Shown in pieces: positions 47,397 to 59,607 of a stretch of 64,000 nt of DNA. Position 1 is the first letter of the stretch. Every line of letters begins with the position of its first letter. A program made the translations under genes and the position numbers. The notes beneath the pieces were generated by a model. That model saw only the letters and a list, made by a program, of their open reading frames with translations, made no database searches and was not told where the DNA came from. Source of the DNA: Leucoraja ocellata (lineage: Eukaryota). The stretch covers positions 1,054,001 to 1,118,000 of the forward strand of contig JAWMAR010000276.1 in the NCBI GenBank assembly GCA_036785375.1, in the 5' to 3' direction.

Positions 47397-50384
47397 ATGG
47401 CAGGAATGGAGACTGTGGCACCGTGCGACGTACCTGTTACTCTTCTTGAGAATAGGATCAAAGCTGCTAAGGATCCAGAGGAGAAGGAAAAGCTGCAGAA
47501 AGACCTGGACCATCTCCTTGAGGTAATGGTGCAAAGTTGTTCCTCTACCCTGGGCCCCATACGAGGCATCTCCACTCATCGGGAACCAGCAAGGAGACTG
47601 TTGGATGGTGCTAGTCAGTGTGGGGCAGACATTCTCACTAACCTGCCTACAGTGCAGGGAGACACACACTGGTGGGTGTGCTGCTGTCAAATGGGGCTCA
47701 TGCTCCAGGGAATTCTTCATTGTTCCCAGGACGGGCAGTAAAATGATGGATTCCCAGTCCTTGTCTACAGTTTAGTTTATTGTCACGTGAACCGAGGTAC
47801 AGTGAAAAGCATTTGTGGCGTGCTATCTAGTCAGCGGAAAGACAATACATGATTACGTAAATCGCGCCATTTATAGTGTACAGATACACGATGTGGGTTC
47901 TTCCTGTGTGGACGGGGTGTAACCAAACAGCTCTGTTGTGTTGCAGGTGAGGGAGCTAATCCGAAAGACAGTGCGAGAGATTGTTACTCTGGCCACGGAC
48001 TCCGAGGAACAGGCTGAGCGAGTGCTCGGCCCCAAGAAGCGTCTCACGGAGCGGGAAAACTACCGCTCTGCGGTGGAGTATTTCCAAATGCGGTGCTTTG
48101 ACTGGCACAATCCAGAGGTACGTCTGCGATGCATTCACATAGTACAGAGATAGCTGCCAAGGTGAGTTCATGCGGCCATTGTCAAGTCTATATTATCCAG
48201 AGGCCAAAGAGAAAATATATCAAAAGCTGGGTCAACGTGTTAGCTTTAAGGAGGGGCGAGAGGCAGGGTGGTTGGGGGGTGAATTCTGGAGCATGAGGGC
48301 GAGATAGCAGAGGGTTTGGCCACCGATGATGGTGCGGATGAAGACAATGAAGCATATACTGTAGCAGCTGAGGGGGTGTGGAAACACTGCGGGAGTTGCA
48401 GGGTTACGGAGTTGTCGAGGTGTAGAGACCTGGCCAAGGAGGGTTTTACACCATTGTAAACAAGGGTAGGTCACTTGGACCCAGGTGTTGTGATGGTAGG
48501 CCATGACGTGGATGGCAGAAGTTTGGATGAGCTCGAGGTACCGCAGTGGAGAGACTTGGCTGCAACCAGGAGATCAATCGTTAAATCAAGAATAGAGGGA
48601 TGATATCCTGGGTGAACAGGGATGGGGACTAGGGTCTGATGAAGGGTCTCAACACCAAACCTTCATCAATCCAGGTTCTTCACAGATGCTGCCTGACCCT
48701 CTGAGTTACTCCAGCACTTTGTGTCCTTTTGTGTAAATCAGCATGTCTGCATTTCCTTGTTTCTACTGGGTGGCCCTCGTCACCCACTCTTCCAACACAC
48801 ACAGGCATCAAAGAGGTTAAAATCCAGAAATAGCTTCCTACCTGCAGTTCAACCCCTGAATGATAACCCCCGCACCTGTAGGATAGATGCTTGACACACC
48901 TACAATCAAAACCCCACACACTGACACTATACCCTGAGGAGTCCCATCCATTGGGAGCGAAAGACACATGGCCAGTCTGGCTCTGCTTCAATCACCTCAG
49001 AACATGGGTCGGACGGTGCAAGCCTTCATGCTGAAGTGGGGGTACAACAACGAACAACTGAATGTGACTACGGGGATGCAACCCAAACTAGTTGAGAATT
49101 TTGGAGTATCTCATGGTTGTGAATGGTGTGGAAAAGAGGAATTTCTCTGTTCCAGTCTGGGCATTGTAAATAATTGTTCTGATGTATATTGTTCCAGTAT
49201 GTTACTTAATGATGGGTAGGAAAATGAGTTGTGGGGATGACATAAGGGTGACACATAGAGGCAAAAAAAAGGGTGCGCATGGCCAAAGATTGGGTTAATG
49301 TGAGAGAATGTGGGGTAGTCCAATGTTGTGCTTTGTTGTTACAGTTTGAATATGCTCTTCACCAGTTGAGTCCCTTCGTCAATTTATGTGTGGAGAAGAT
49401 CCCACTGACACGGTACAGTAATACCCAACGCTCTCTCTTTGCTCAAGTAATCAAAGCAAATAACATCTGGAATTAACTCTTAACCGATCATTGATCCCTT
49501 TAACAAAAAACTCGTGTAGGTTCATTTGCCTCTGTAAATTGCCCCCTGTGTGTAAGCATGGGTGAGAAGGTGGGATGGCATGGAATTAGTGTGAGCGGGT
49601 GATTGATTGTAGGTTTGGACTCCGTGGGGCGAAGGGCTTGTTTCCATGCTGTATCTTTAAACTAAACTAAACAGCATGGTAGTATGTTTCTGTGCCACTT
49701 AATGTAGTGGATGTTATTTTATGTAATTAAACTGATCGGGTCTATTATACTCAGAGTAATGGGGGCTAAGCTCCGCAATACAAATATTCAACAGGGATAT
49801 CATGAGTTAGGTCAGGTTACCCAGAGTAAAAACAGGAATAGCCTTTGTCAAACTTGAAATAAACATCAAAATCATCCTTCGAGTCTGAATTAGCAGCAGG
49901 CTAACTTTGTACAGTCTTGTCTTTTTGAAGCAGGGAATCCCGGGCAGAGGGATAGTTTACAGCCAATGACCCAGCACAATCAAAGCCTTTTAGTCATCAG
50001 TTCAGGACCATTCAAGTCCTAAGGAGAATTAAGGAAAGTGCTGGTAATATAATCATGAAATTATTGTCAATAAGCTGACAGTATTGAAAAGCATTAAATA
50101 TACGGACTTATTTTTGTCCAAAATAAGTGTCTCCGCTTTGTCATCTTGAATCAAACATTGGTTGAAATTGTTCATTTTGGTCTCTTGTCTTGGAAAGGAG
50201 CCTTCAAAATTGTAACAGATCTTTGCCTCTTTTCTTAACAAATGTAGATTGTGTTCGATTTTTTTGTAACGCTTTTTTTTTCTGTGCTATCCCCATGTCC
50301 ACAAGCTGCATTGTAATCACTCCTTTGTTTTTAAACAGGATCAAGGAAGCGGTTGACCAAGTCAGTGAAAAGCTGAAGAAATGA
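47397..50384 (+). CDS. Legumain-like, C-terminal prodomain (LSAM) only; ~136 aa, 4 exons
   Basis: Exons 47397-47522, 47947-48117, 49345-49412 and 50339-50384. DVPVTLLENRI / LIRKTVREIV / RCFDWHNPE / FEYALHQL..VNLC / RIKEAVDQV align with the human legumain C-terminus (DVPLTIMKRKL..LIEKSVRKIV..HCFNWHSPTYEYALRHL..VNLC..RIKLSMDHV). The start codon is uncertain; possible acceptors at 47315 or 47376. Confidence 0.85.
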
Positions 50385-53300
50385 AGAGCTGGCTCTCCTC
50401 ATCTTCAGCACAGCAGAGGGAGGGACCCTTAAGGACCTGTCCCTCCCTCGGCCTGTGTGCTTTCCAACTGGAATTGTAATTTTTTTTAGAGTCTTTCTCT
50501 CTCTCTCTCTCTCTGCTGGTCAGATCATCTTGCTTGCAATAACTGGGAGGAGGTTTCTGCTGAAAGCAAATCATGGGAGACAAAAGCAAATTATAGACAG
50601 CTTTTATACTTTAAATAATCAAATGATTACACAATGATACCAATGCTACCTCAGATGGTAGAAACATTTCTGTGCCATTAATATTTGTAATATTGAAAAT
50701 TCATTCTCAATAGGTATGGGGTCAGATTAGTTAAATATACTTGATTATCACAAATCAATTTACTATTATTTTTTTTTCCAAATCTTTATTTTAAAGATTT
50801 AAACAGCTTCTGAGTGGCCTACCTTGATTTCTCTCACCATTCACATCTGCACTGTGGGGCAATTTAATCAGAAGTTGACAATCGGGCTTCACTAAATCTC
50901 CTTTAGGCAACGGCGAGGCTTAATTTTGCAGTGATTTTAGTCATTTCTTACCAGCAGGACAGGCGGTTAGTTCTACGGTGGCTGAGCCTTGAGAACAAGA
51001 CCCAGACTGATTCATAAGGGCATTTCTGAGAGAGTGCAGTATCTGTGTGCATGCCGACTTCTGGGTGAGATTTATACCAAAGCCATCCAACCTTTACCAG
51101 GATGTAATGTAAAAGACCCTATCCAAATATTAGTGAAGATGAAAGTAGACAAAAATGCTGGAGAAACTCAGTGGGTGAGGCAGCGTCTATGGAGTGGAGG
51201 AAATAGACAACGTTTCGGGTCAAAACCCTTCTTCAGAAGTGAAGATGAATGTGGATTCCCGGCCAGCGTTTACTGCTAAACGAGACCTTTTGGCCTGTCC
51301 TTTGTTTAATATCATTCTGTGTACAAACATTCCCAATGGTAACTACGTTTCAATTGGCTGGGACGGCTTCAAGAACAGTGCTTGAGAAATGTCAAATAAA
51401 TTTGAATCTTTTTTTTTAATTATTGCTTTTATTTTAAGTAAATGAAATGATTAAGTCATTGTTCTGATTATTTGTTCTCTGTGTTAGTATTTCTAATTAT
51501 TGCTCTTCTGATCACATTATGTTTTCAATAACTAGAGTTTTCCAATACAGAGTAAAGCAGCGACACTTTCTCATTGAACCCACATGTGAGGACTAGGACT
51601 TGTAGCAACTAATGCTTCCATTAAGAGGAGGAGAAGAAGTATGATTGCAAGTTGCTTATTTATTTGTAGAATCATTTGTGGGCATATTTGCTTCTAAATC
51701 AAGAGATTTCGGATTTAAGTCTAACTTCAGGAACCTGAGCACACGTTAGAACATCCCAGATTGTTGGAGATGACCAAGTATGCCAGCTGTTGAATTTATC
51801 TCCACCCTTACTCGCAGGCGAATGGGGTTAGGAGGGAGTGATAGATCGATCAGCCATGATTGAATGGCGGAATAGACTTGATGGGCCGAATGGCCTAATT
51901 CTAACCTATTCCTATGACCATATGAAACAGGCCATTGTTAGCTGTGGCCTATGTGAAAACGAGTGTAGACGTGGAGTACATCTCATTTCCTGCTTCCTCC
52001 TCCCTACTACAACCAGTCTGAAGAAGGAGCCTGAACTGAAAGGTCACCTGTCCATTCCCTCCACAGATGGTACCTGAGTTCCTCCAGCACTTTGTGCTTT
52101 GTCCACTATCCTGCAGGTTGTCCTTGATGAGCTGATGCTTTGACTAAATCTCTTTTTCTTTAGTCTCGCCGAGATTCAGGTCTGTGTTTTGACAGAGAAA
52201 GAGAGGCTGGAAATGAGGGTAAGATCAGATTACAGGCATTTGCGTTGGACACTGTCCAGGAATGCAACGAAGGAGACAGATAGAGTTCTGAAGGTTCAGG
52301 TAAAACGGAGCTATTATTTCTGTAACAGTGTTTTTCTAACACACAATCTCCTGGCAGGTGAGTTTTAAGATGCCATTGCTACTTTAGGTAGCTTTGCTCG
52401 TGAGAGAGTGAGAATAGACCTTGCACATCCCATCGTGCTGTGTTAGAACCACGCCTCATATATAACTAATGTCTGACCCTTGCACAAAGTCAATGGCAAT
52501 AATAAACTCTAGATGCTTTTCATCTTCTGTAACCAAAGCTCTGCTCAGTTCCAGAATGATTAATATCAAAGCTAGAAGTATATCTGAGAAGAGGGGAATC
52601 TAATTTCTCCGACAGCTGACAAATTCATTAGCAATGCACTGTCAGCTCAGCCGTACAATATGCCCAACAAAAGTCATCCCAACGTGAACTAATGTTGAAT
52701 CGATTATTTATTTGTTAGGTTTCTCCTCTGCCGTATAGTGCTGAGTGTCAGTCTCTGTCTTAGTACCTCGTGCCAAGTGGCTGCTCTCCAGCTACTGATT
52801 AAACAAAATGAATACAGGTAGGATATTCATTCATGCGGGTAACTCGATATCTTCATTTAGGCTCTGCACACAAGTGCTTAAAGCAAAGTGATTCGGGTGA
52901 TTCTCCTGGTTGACGACTGTATGGGGGAGGGCATATTGACTGGTTGCCTCACTGTCAAGTTCAACAAGTCAAAAGCTAAAGAACAAATTGATTGATTGAT
53001 ACTTTATTGTCACGTGTACTAGGTACAGTGAGATTCCTTCTTTGCAAACAGTACAAGTGTGCAAGAGTTGCCATGGAAAGGACGCTGGCAAGGTTACAAA
53101 AGTATTTAATATAATGCCTCTTCCTTCTCTCAGAGAGGTAAACGCTGCTTGGTCCATCACAGCTACTGACCTTCAAAAGGATTTAGAGGAGGTGCTGTCC
53201 TAAAAGCCAATCCGACCTCTCTGTCCTGGGTCTCCTCCATGGCCAGAGCGAGCAACATCGGAAATTGGAGAAACAGCACCTCATATTCCGCTTGGGGAGT

Positions 53301-54133
53301 CTGCATCCTGGGGGCATGAACATTGAATTCTCCCAATTTTGTTTGCCCTTGCTGTCTCCTCCCATCCCTCAGCCCTCGGGCTCCTCCTTTTTCCTTTCTT
53401 CTCCCCCCCCCAACCCCCCATCAGTCTGAAGAAGGGTTTTGGCCCGAAACGTTGCCTATTTCCTTCGCTCCATAGATGCTGCTGCAACCGCTGAGTTTCT
53501 CCAGCATTTTTGTGTACCTCCAATATCATCAAAGACCCCCTACACCCTAGCCATGCTTGCATTTTGCTCCTACCACCAGGAAGAAGTTATTAGAGTGGAA
53601 ACCGTGACAACCAGGTTCAAGAACAGTTTTTTAGAGCCATACAGCACGGAAACTGCCTTCGGCCCAACTCGCCCATGATGCCCCATCTACACAGGTCTCA
53701 ATTGCCCAAATCCCACTAAGCATTTCCTATTCATGTACCTGTCCAAATGTCTTAAAGGTTGTTGCCTCAACTACCACCTCTGGCAGCTCATTCCTTATTT
53801 CTCCATCAGGTTTCTATTAAATTTATCCCCTCACCTTAAACCTACGTCCTCTAGTTCTTGATTCCTCGACTCTCGGTAAAAGACTACATTCATCCTATCT
53901 TCCCCTCATGGGTTTATACACCTCTAAAATCACCCCTCGGCCTTCTGTGCTCCAAGGAATAATATCCTAACCACCCAATCTCTCTCTATATCTCAGGCCC
54001 TCGTGTCCTGGCAACATCCTCGTAAATCCTCTCTGCATTCAATCCAGCTGAACAACGTGCTTCCTACAGCAGGGCGACCAAACTGAACACGTTACCCCAA
54101 ATGCAGCCTCGTCAATATTTTGTAGAACTGTAA

Positions 54134-54911
54134 AGGGGGTGTCCCACTGGGGCGACCTAATCCGCGAGTTAAGAAGAGTGTCTTTGACCTTGAAGCTCGA
54201 GGGCACTCGCCTGAAAAACCTCCAGCTGGATCGACCGTCAGCGTTGAAACTGCNNNNNNNNNNNNNNNNNNNNNNNNNNNNNNNNNNNNNNNNNNNNNNN
54301 NNNNNNNNNNNNNNNNNNNNNNNNNNNNNNNNNNNNNNNNNNNNNNNNNNNNNNNNNNNNNNNNNNNNNNNNNNNNNNNNNNNNNNNNNNNNNNNNNNNN
54401 NNGGAAAGCAGGGGAGCTCTGTCTGAAATTCACACACGCGATGAAAAGAAAGCTAAAAGGCGGCTGCACAGTGTACGGTAAGTCCTTTAAAGAGTGTGGA
54501 GAGGGGGAGGGGGGTGAGAAGGAGAGAGAAGGGGGGGGGGGAGAAGGAGTGGAGACGCTTAAGAAGTATAATAAAGTTTAGCGGGCATTTTACCTAACGG
54601 CCAGTTTCCCTTGGTCCTGAAAACTCCAATGAGCCAATCATAATGCCCGGTCAGTGAAGGAGATTGCCTACGGCTGCCCTCGACTGCCTGTAACTAAAGA
54701 GCGACCCCACTCCACTGCACTACGAGTTAAAAAGAACCATGCCGACCAAATTTTACTCTGGCTGAGTTAGCGTGTTTGCGGGAACTTCCCTCGAACATGA
54801 AGGAGAGTTCCAGTGACCTCATAGGACCAAGTGAGGACCATGCTGCGAGTTTGAGTCAAGGGCAAATTTATCTAAACTCGCAGATTAGGTCACCACAGTG
54901 GGACAGCCCCT
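54134..54911. mobile_element. PIF/Harbinger-like MITE nested in CR1, spanning the assembly gap
   Basis: TAA|AGGGGGTGTCCCACTG..GACCTAATC.GCGAGTT ... AACTCGCAGATTAGGTC..CAGTGGGACAGCCCCT|TAA (3-bp TSD). Confidence 0.8.
54254..54402. other. Assembly gap (149 N)
   Basis: Run of N. Confidence 1.
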
Positions 54912-56989
54912 TAACATATCATCACAACTTCTATATTCAGTACCCTGACTGATAAAGGCTAATGCACCATAAGCCTTCTTGACTACTCTATGAGGAAAAA
55001 CTTTTTCACACACAGGGTTGTGAATCTGGGGAATTCTCTGCCTCAGAAGGCAGTGGAGGCCAATTCTCTGGATGCTTTCAAGAGAGAGTTAGAGCTCTTT
55101 ATAGCGAAGTCAGGGAATATGGGGAGAAGGCAGAAACGGGGGGTAGTGATTGGATGATCAGCCATGATCACAGTGAATGGTGGTGCTGGCTCGAAGGGCC
55201 AAATAGCCTACTCCTGCACCTATTGTCTAATGTCTATCAGATGTTTTTGTTTGTACGAAGGACTGGATTCTTTGCACAGTATTATGGTTACAGATTTTTT
55301 TTTGGCTTTATATTTTTTCTGTGTGTATTACGTTTGCAGGCCTGTTATGCTGCTGCAAGTAAAAAAAGGAATCGATCAATTGTCAGAACATAAGATAATT
55401 AAAGACTTGATCTCTCTATGCCAGCCTCCTACTGTCCCAGTAGAGTCTTTAATATTCATTCTTGCAATGTGAACAGTTATGGCAAGACTAACATGTATTG
55501 CCTTTCCCCTGTTAGCTTTAGATGGGTGTGATTAACCTTCTTATCTGATGCATCTGACTTTTATTTCTTGCAGTGAATACATTCAAATTGTTACTTGCTT
55601 GCTCCTTAGCTTCAGGGAGTAGCTGATGATTATCTGATTCCTGTGGGACTGGAGGCGGATGTGACCCAGACTGAGCATGGGTGGACCATAGCGAACGTTA
55701 GTTAGCAAACTAGATTTGTCACTAGATTTGATTCAACGGCTTCACAGTCAACGGAAATAGAAGCCTTTTAAAAACTTAAAATACTCACGTTGGCATGGCG
55801 GGTTTGAAATGCGGGTGAAAAAAACCAGCAACAGAACCACTGCAACACACAAATCGTCTGCAGCTCACGCCTGAGTGTGGGACCCTGCCCAATTTATACA
55901 ATGCTACCAGGTCACCAGAGGTTTGATGAGACCCAATTTAATGCCCCGAGGTGATCTTGTCAAACAACTGTGCTACAGGAATGCTCGCTGTACTCACAGT
56001 CTGTAAACAGTGACACGCACCGCAGATGTGTTACAATCTCACTTAGCACATACGCACACTCGTCAAATATTTATGCAAATTCATGTCCAAAATTAATTGG
56101 ATATTAACGTCTTCAATCGCACTGACCTACAAGTGTGTTGTTAAAATCACTTCAAATTTTATTTCTGCGTTGCTAAATCCAGGCTGTTCAATATGTTTAA
56201 GAAAGAACTTCAGATGCTGGAAAAATTGAAGGTAGACAAAAAGCTGGAGAAACTCAGCGGGTGAGGCAGCATCTATGGAGCGAAGGAATGGGTGACGCAG
56301 TCTGAAGATGGGTCTCGACCCGAAACGTCACCCCTTCTTTCGCTCCATAGATGCTGCCTCACCCGCTGAGTTTCTCCAGCTTTTTGTCTACCTCAGACTG
56401 TTCAATAAGTTGATTCACATACAAACTTTCACCATTGTCATTAATGGGATGAGACTTGCATGCCAGTCCTTCTCTGTCTCTGCTTTGTTCTCTCCCTCTG
56501 CCACTGTTTATTTGTCTCTGCCTCCTTGCATTTTTCTTCCTGGCATTGCCTCCATCTGTAATATCCTCTTCTTATAAATCACTTTTTTTCCCCATTGGTG
56601 GAAGGAAATGTCCAAACATTTTTACAGTAAGTATTATGCCTGTTGATTTGGACTTACTGCTTTGTGGGAACCTATTTTGTGGACTGGGTCTCGGGTGAGT
56701 GAACACAAGGCTCTAGACCTCGATGCCATTGACAATGCTTTATGTGATATCTCACATACCCATCAACTTAGATGATCTTGTTGCCACTTAACTACATGAA
56801 AGGATAATTTACAGTAGCCAATAGATCTGCCGGTGTATTTTTGGGGGTGTGTGAGGAAAGGAGCCATGGTCTGGACTGACCCATGCCTGCTCGTCGGGAG
56901 TATAGGAAATTATTGATCTACCTGGAGTCACCAGTCAATGGTGAGACTTTGACCTCGTATTCCCTTTCGGCACATATAATAGTTCTTTC

Positions 56990-58400
56990 TACGTACAGAT
57001 CCATACAGAAACAGGCCCTTCATCCCACACATCCATCCTGACCCTTTTCGCCTGCCTATAGTATTCCTGTTTGCCTTCATTAAATCCATAACTTTCCATA
57101 CCCATGGCTATTTAAAGCTGTGCTCTCGTGTTTATGATACCCCTGCCACAAGAAAAAGATTCTGACTATGTAATCTTATCATTTTATATAGATCTCAACT
57201 CCTAGGAGAACAAATTCAGCCTATCCAGCCCCCCCTGTAATTAGTCTTCCAACCAAGCTCCAGCCTGGTGAATCTCTTCTGCACTCTCTCCAGTACCACA
57301 GCATCCATCTAACGGGGTGGCACCAACATTACATTCAATGTGTGGTCCAGCTAGAGTCTTTGTAACATTGCAACATAATGTCCCAGCTTTTATATTCCAT
57401 GTCCTAACTATGAAGCCAAGCATGCAATATGCCTTCTTCACTACCCAATTTATCTGCATTGCCATCAGGGAATTATATAGAACCCTAAGGTTCCCCTTTT
57501 CATCACTATTCCCTTGTGCCCCACTATTTCCTGTATATGTCCAACTAATGTCAACTGGTTTCACTTTCCACATATGCTGTGTGGCTGGCTGAATTCTGTC
57601 AGCATTTCTGGTTTGGTTTCAGATTCCAGCGCTTGGAAATGTATTTATTTTCCTTCTCTTCTCCCCCGACAGCCACTTGTCTCTGATTTTTACTTTCCAC
57701 TTCTCTTTCTCAGTTTCCCCTGCCTGACTCTTGGTTGTCAACCTGCACTTCCTAAAATATACTTTACAGCACTGGGTACATTGTCTGCTCTTTGTTCTAT
57801 TTTCTTGTCGGGGGCAGGAGCAGGATATCTACATTGGAGGAACACATGGATATGTCTTTAACATGGAGCAATCATGCAGATACTCATCTCTTAATGCTTA
57901 TTGTTCAACATCTTACAAAATGATTCTGCAGTCCCCATACACTACTTTGTTGATGCTACCATTTATAGAACATAGAATAATGCAGCACAGGAACAGGCCC
58001 ACAATGTCTGTGCTGAACATGAAACCAAGGTAAACTAGTCTAACCTGCCTGCACATGATCCATATATCACCATTCCCTGCATATCCATGTGCCTATCCAA
58101 AGGCTTCTTAAATGTCACTATCATGTCTGCCTCCACCACCGCCCCTGGTAGCACGTTCCAGGCACCCGCCTCTCTCTGTGTAAATAGACACGCCTGCACA
58201 TCTCCTTTCAACTTTGCCCGTCTCACCCTTAAATCTATGCCTCTCATAACTTTATCCACTTCTATCAGGTCTCCCCTCAATCTCCTGTACACCAATGAAA
58301 ACAATCCAAGTGTCTCTCCAAATCCTTTGAGGAACTGGTTCCCCCTAATCCGAGCAGCATTCTGGTAAACCTTCTTGTACCCTCTCCAACCCCATCATGT
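56990..58400 (-). mobile_element. Two CR1 3' fragments (approximate)
   Basis: VVKKAYCMLGFI and FSLVYRRLRGDLIEV.KVMRG. Confidence 0.7.
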
Positions 58401-59049
58401 CCTTACTATTTTATTCCCCTTTTCAAATCTGTTTCTTTCTTCATAGATGCGGCCTGACCTGCTGACAATTTCCAAGCAGTTTGCACCCCAGCGGTATGAA
58501 CATTGACTTCTCTAATTTCAGGTAGTCCTTACTTTCTCCTCCCTTTCTCATCTCTCCCTCAGCCCTCTGGCTCCACCTCTTCCTTTTTTCCTCCCACCCT
58601 CACATCAGTCTGAAAAAAGATTTCGACCCGAAACGTTGCCTATTTCCTTAGCTCCACAGATGCTGCCTCACCCGCGGAGTTTCTCCAGCATTTTTGTCTA
58701 CCTTCGATTTTCCAGCATCTGCAGTTTCTTCTTAGATAATCTTTACGTGTTACTTCCTTTCCAATCCCCCACCCACCATCGCAGGAAATTTCCTGTCTGA
58801 TTCCCATTCTTTCCCACAGGATTCTCTTCCCGGCCAATCCCTTCCCATTTATGGTGGACACGCTGTTGTAACTCAGCGGGACAGGCAGCATCTCTAGAGA
58901 GATGGAATGAGTGACGTTTTAGACTCTTCTCTCCATAGATGCTGCCTGTCCCGCTGAGTTACTCCAGCATTTTTCGTGTCAATCATCGGTGTAAACCAGC
59001 ATCTGCACCTCCTTTCCTGTACACACCTGTAACAGCTGAATGAGGTCGA

Positions 59050-59517
59050 AGTGGGGCAGGTTGTGGGACGTGCAGTGAGTGGCGGACAGTGATGGGCGTC
59101 GGCAAGGTTTTAACCAAAGATCTTTGGTTTTAACGGTAGGCATTGAATGGCAGGGGCGGATCAACGAGGTGTGGAGAGAGGAGAACCATTGGTGAAGAAT
59201 CTGGACCGCAAGAAGCGGGCGGGACCATCACCGGCGCCTCCCCCTTCCAGGTTGGTGTTGGCCCCACAGCGCCGGCTCGCCAGTTTCACGTTAAGTTCAG
59301 GAGGAGGAGGGGAGGTGGCGCTGCCGCCGCTGCTCCATTCCACTGGCAGGTAATTGCCTCGCCGCGAAATTACAGCCTCTCCAAATCCTCAACCTTCTCT
59401 AATCCCCAGTGTAACCGGAGACGGAGTACGTGGTTTTAATCCGACTGATACAATTTTCGCAACGCAGCCCCGGCTGATTGAGTGTGGACTTGAGACCCAG
59501 AGGGACATTCGCCGACC
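59050..59517 (+). promoter_or_regulatory. CpG-rich promoter / 5' UTR of TSPAN33
   Basis: Several GC boxes (GGGCGG), ATTGG and high CpG density; possible UTR donor CAG|GTAATT at 59350. Confidence 0.6.
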
Positions 59518-59607
59518 ATGGCTCGCAGCCGCACTCTGGGGGAGGATTTCACCTTCGTCAACCCCGTGGTTAAATATTTACTATTTTTGTTCAACATGCT
59601 GTTCTGG
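59518..59607 (+). CDS. TSPAN33: Tetraspanin-33 (TspanC8 family), first coding exon; no further exon recognised in the window
   Basis: ACCATGG; MARSRTLGEDFTFVNPVVKYLLFLFNMLFW matches the TSPAN33 N-terminus (GEEFSFVSPLVKYLLFFFNMLFW); donor TGG|GTAAGT. Confidence 0.88.

Noticed and set aside
47316-50384. Calling this the canonical LGMN gene
   Set aside because: No catalytic or signal-peptide exons were found and two conserved cysteines are lost, so the gene symbol is withheld.
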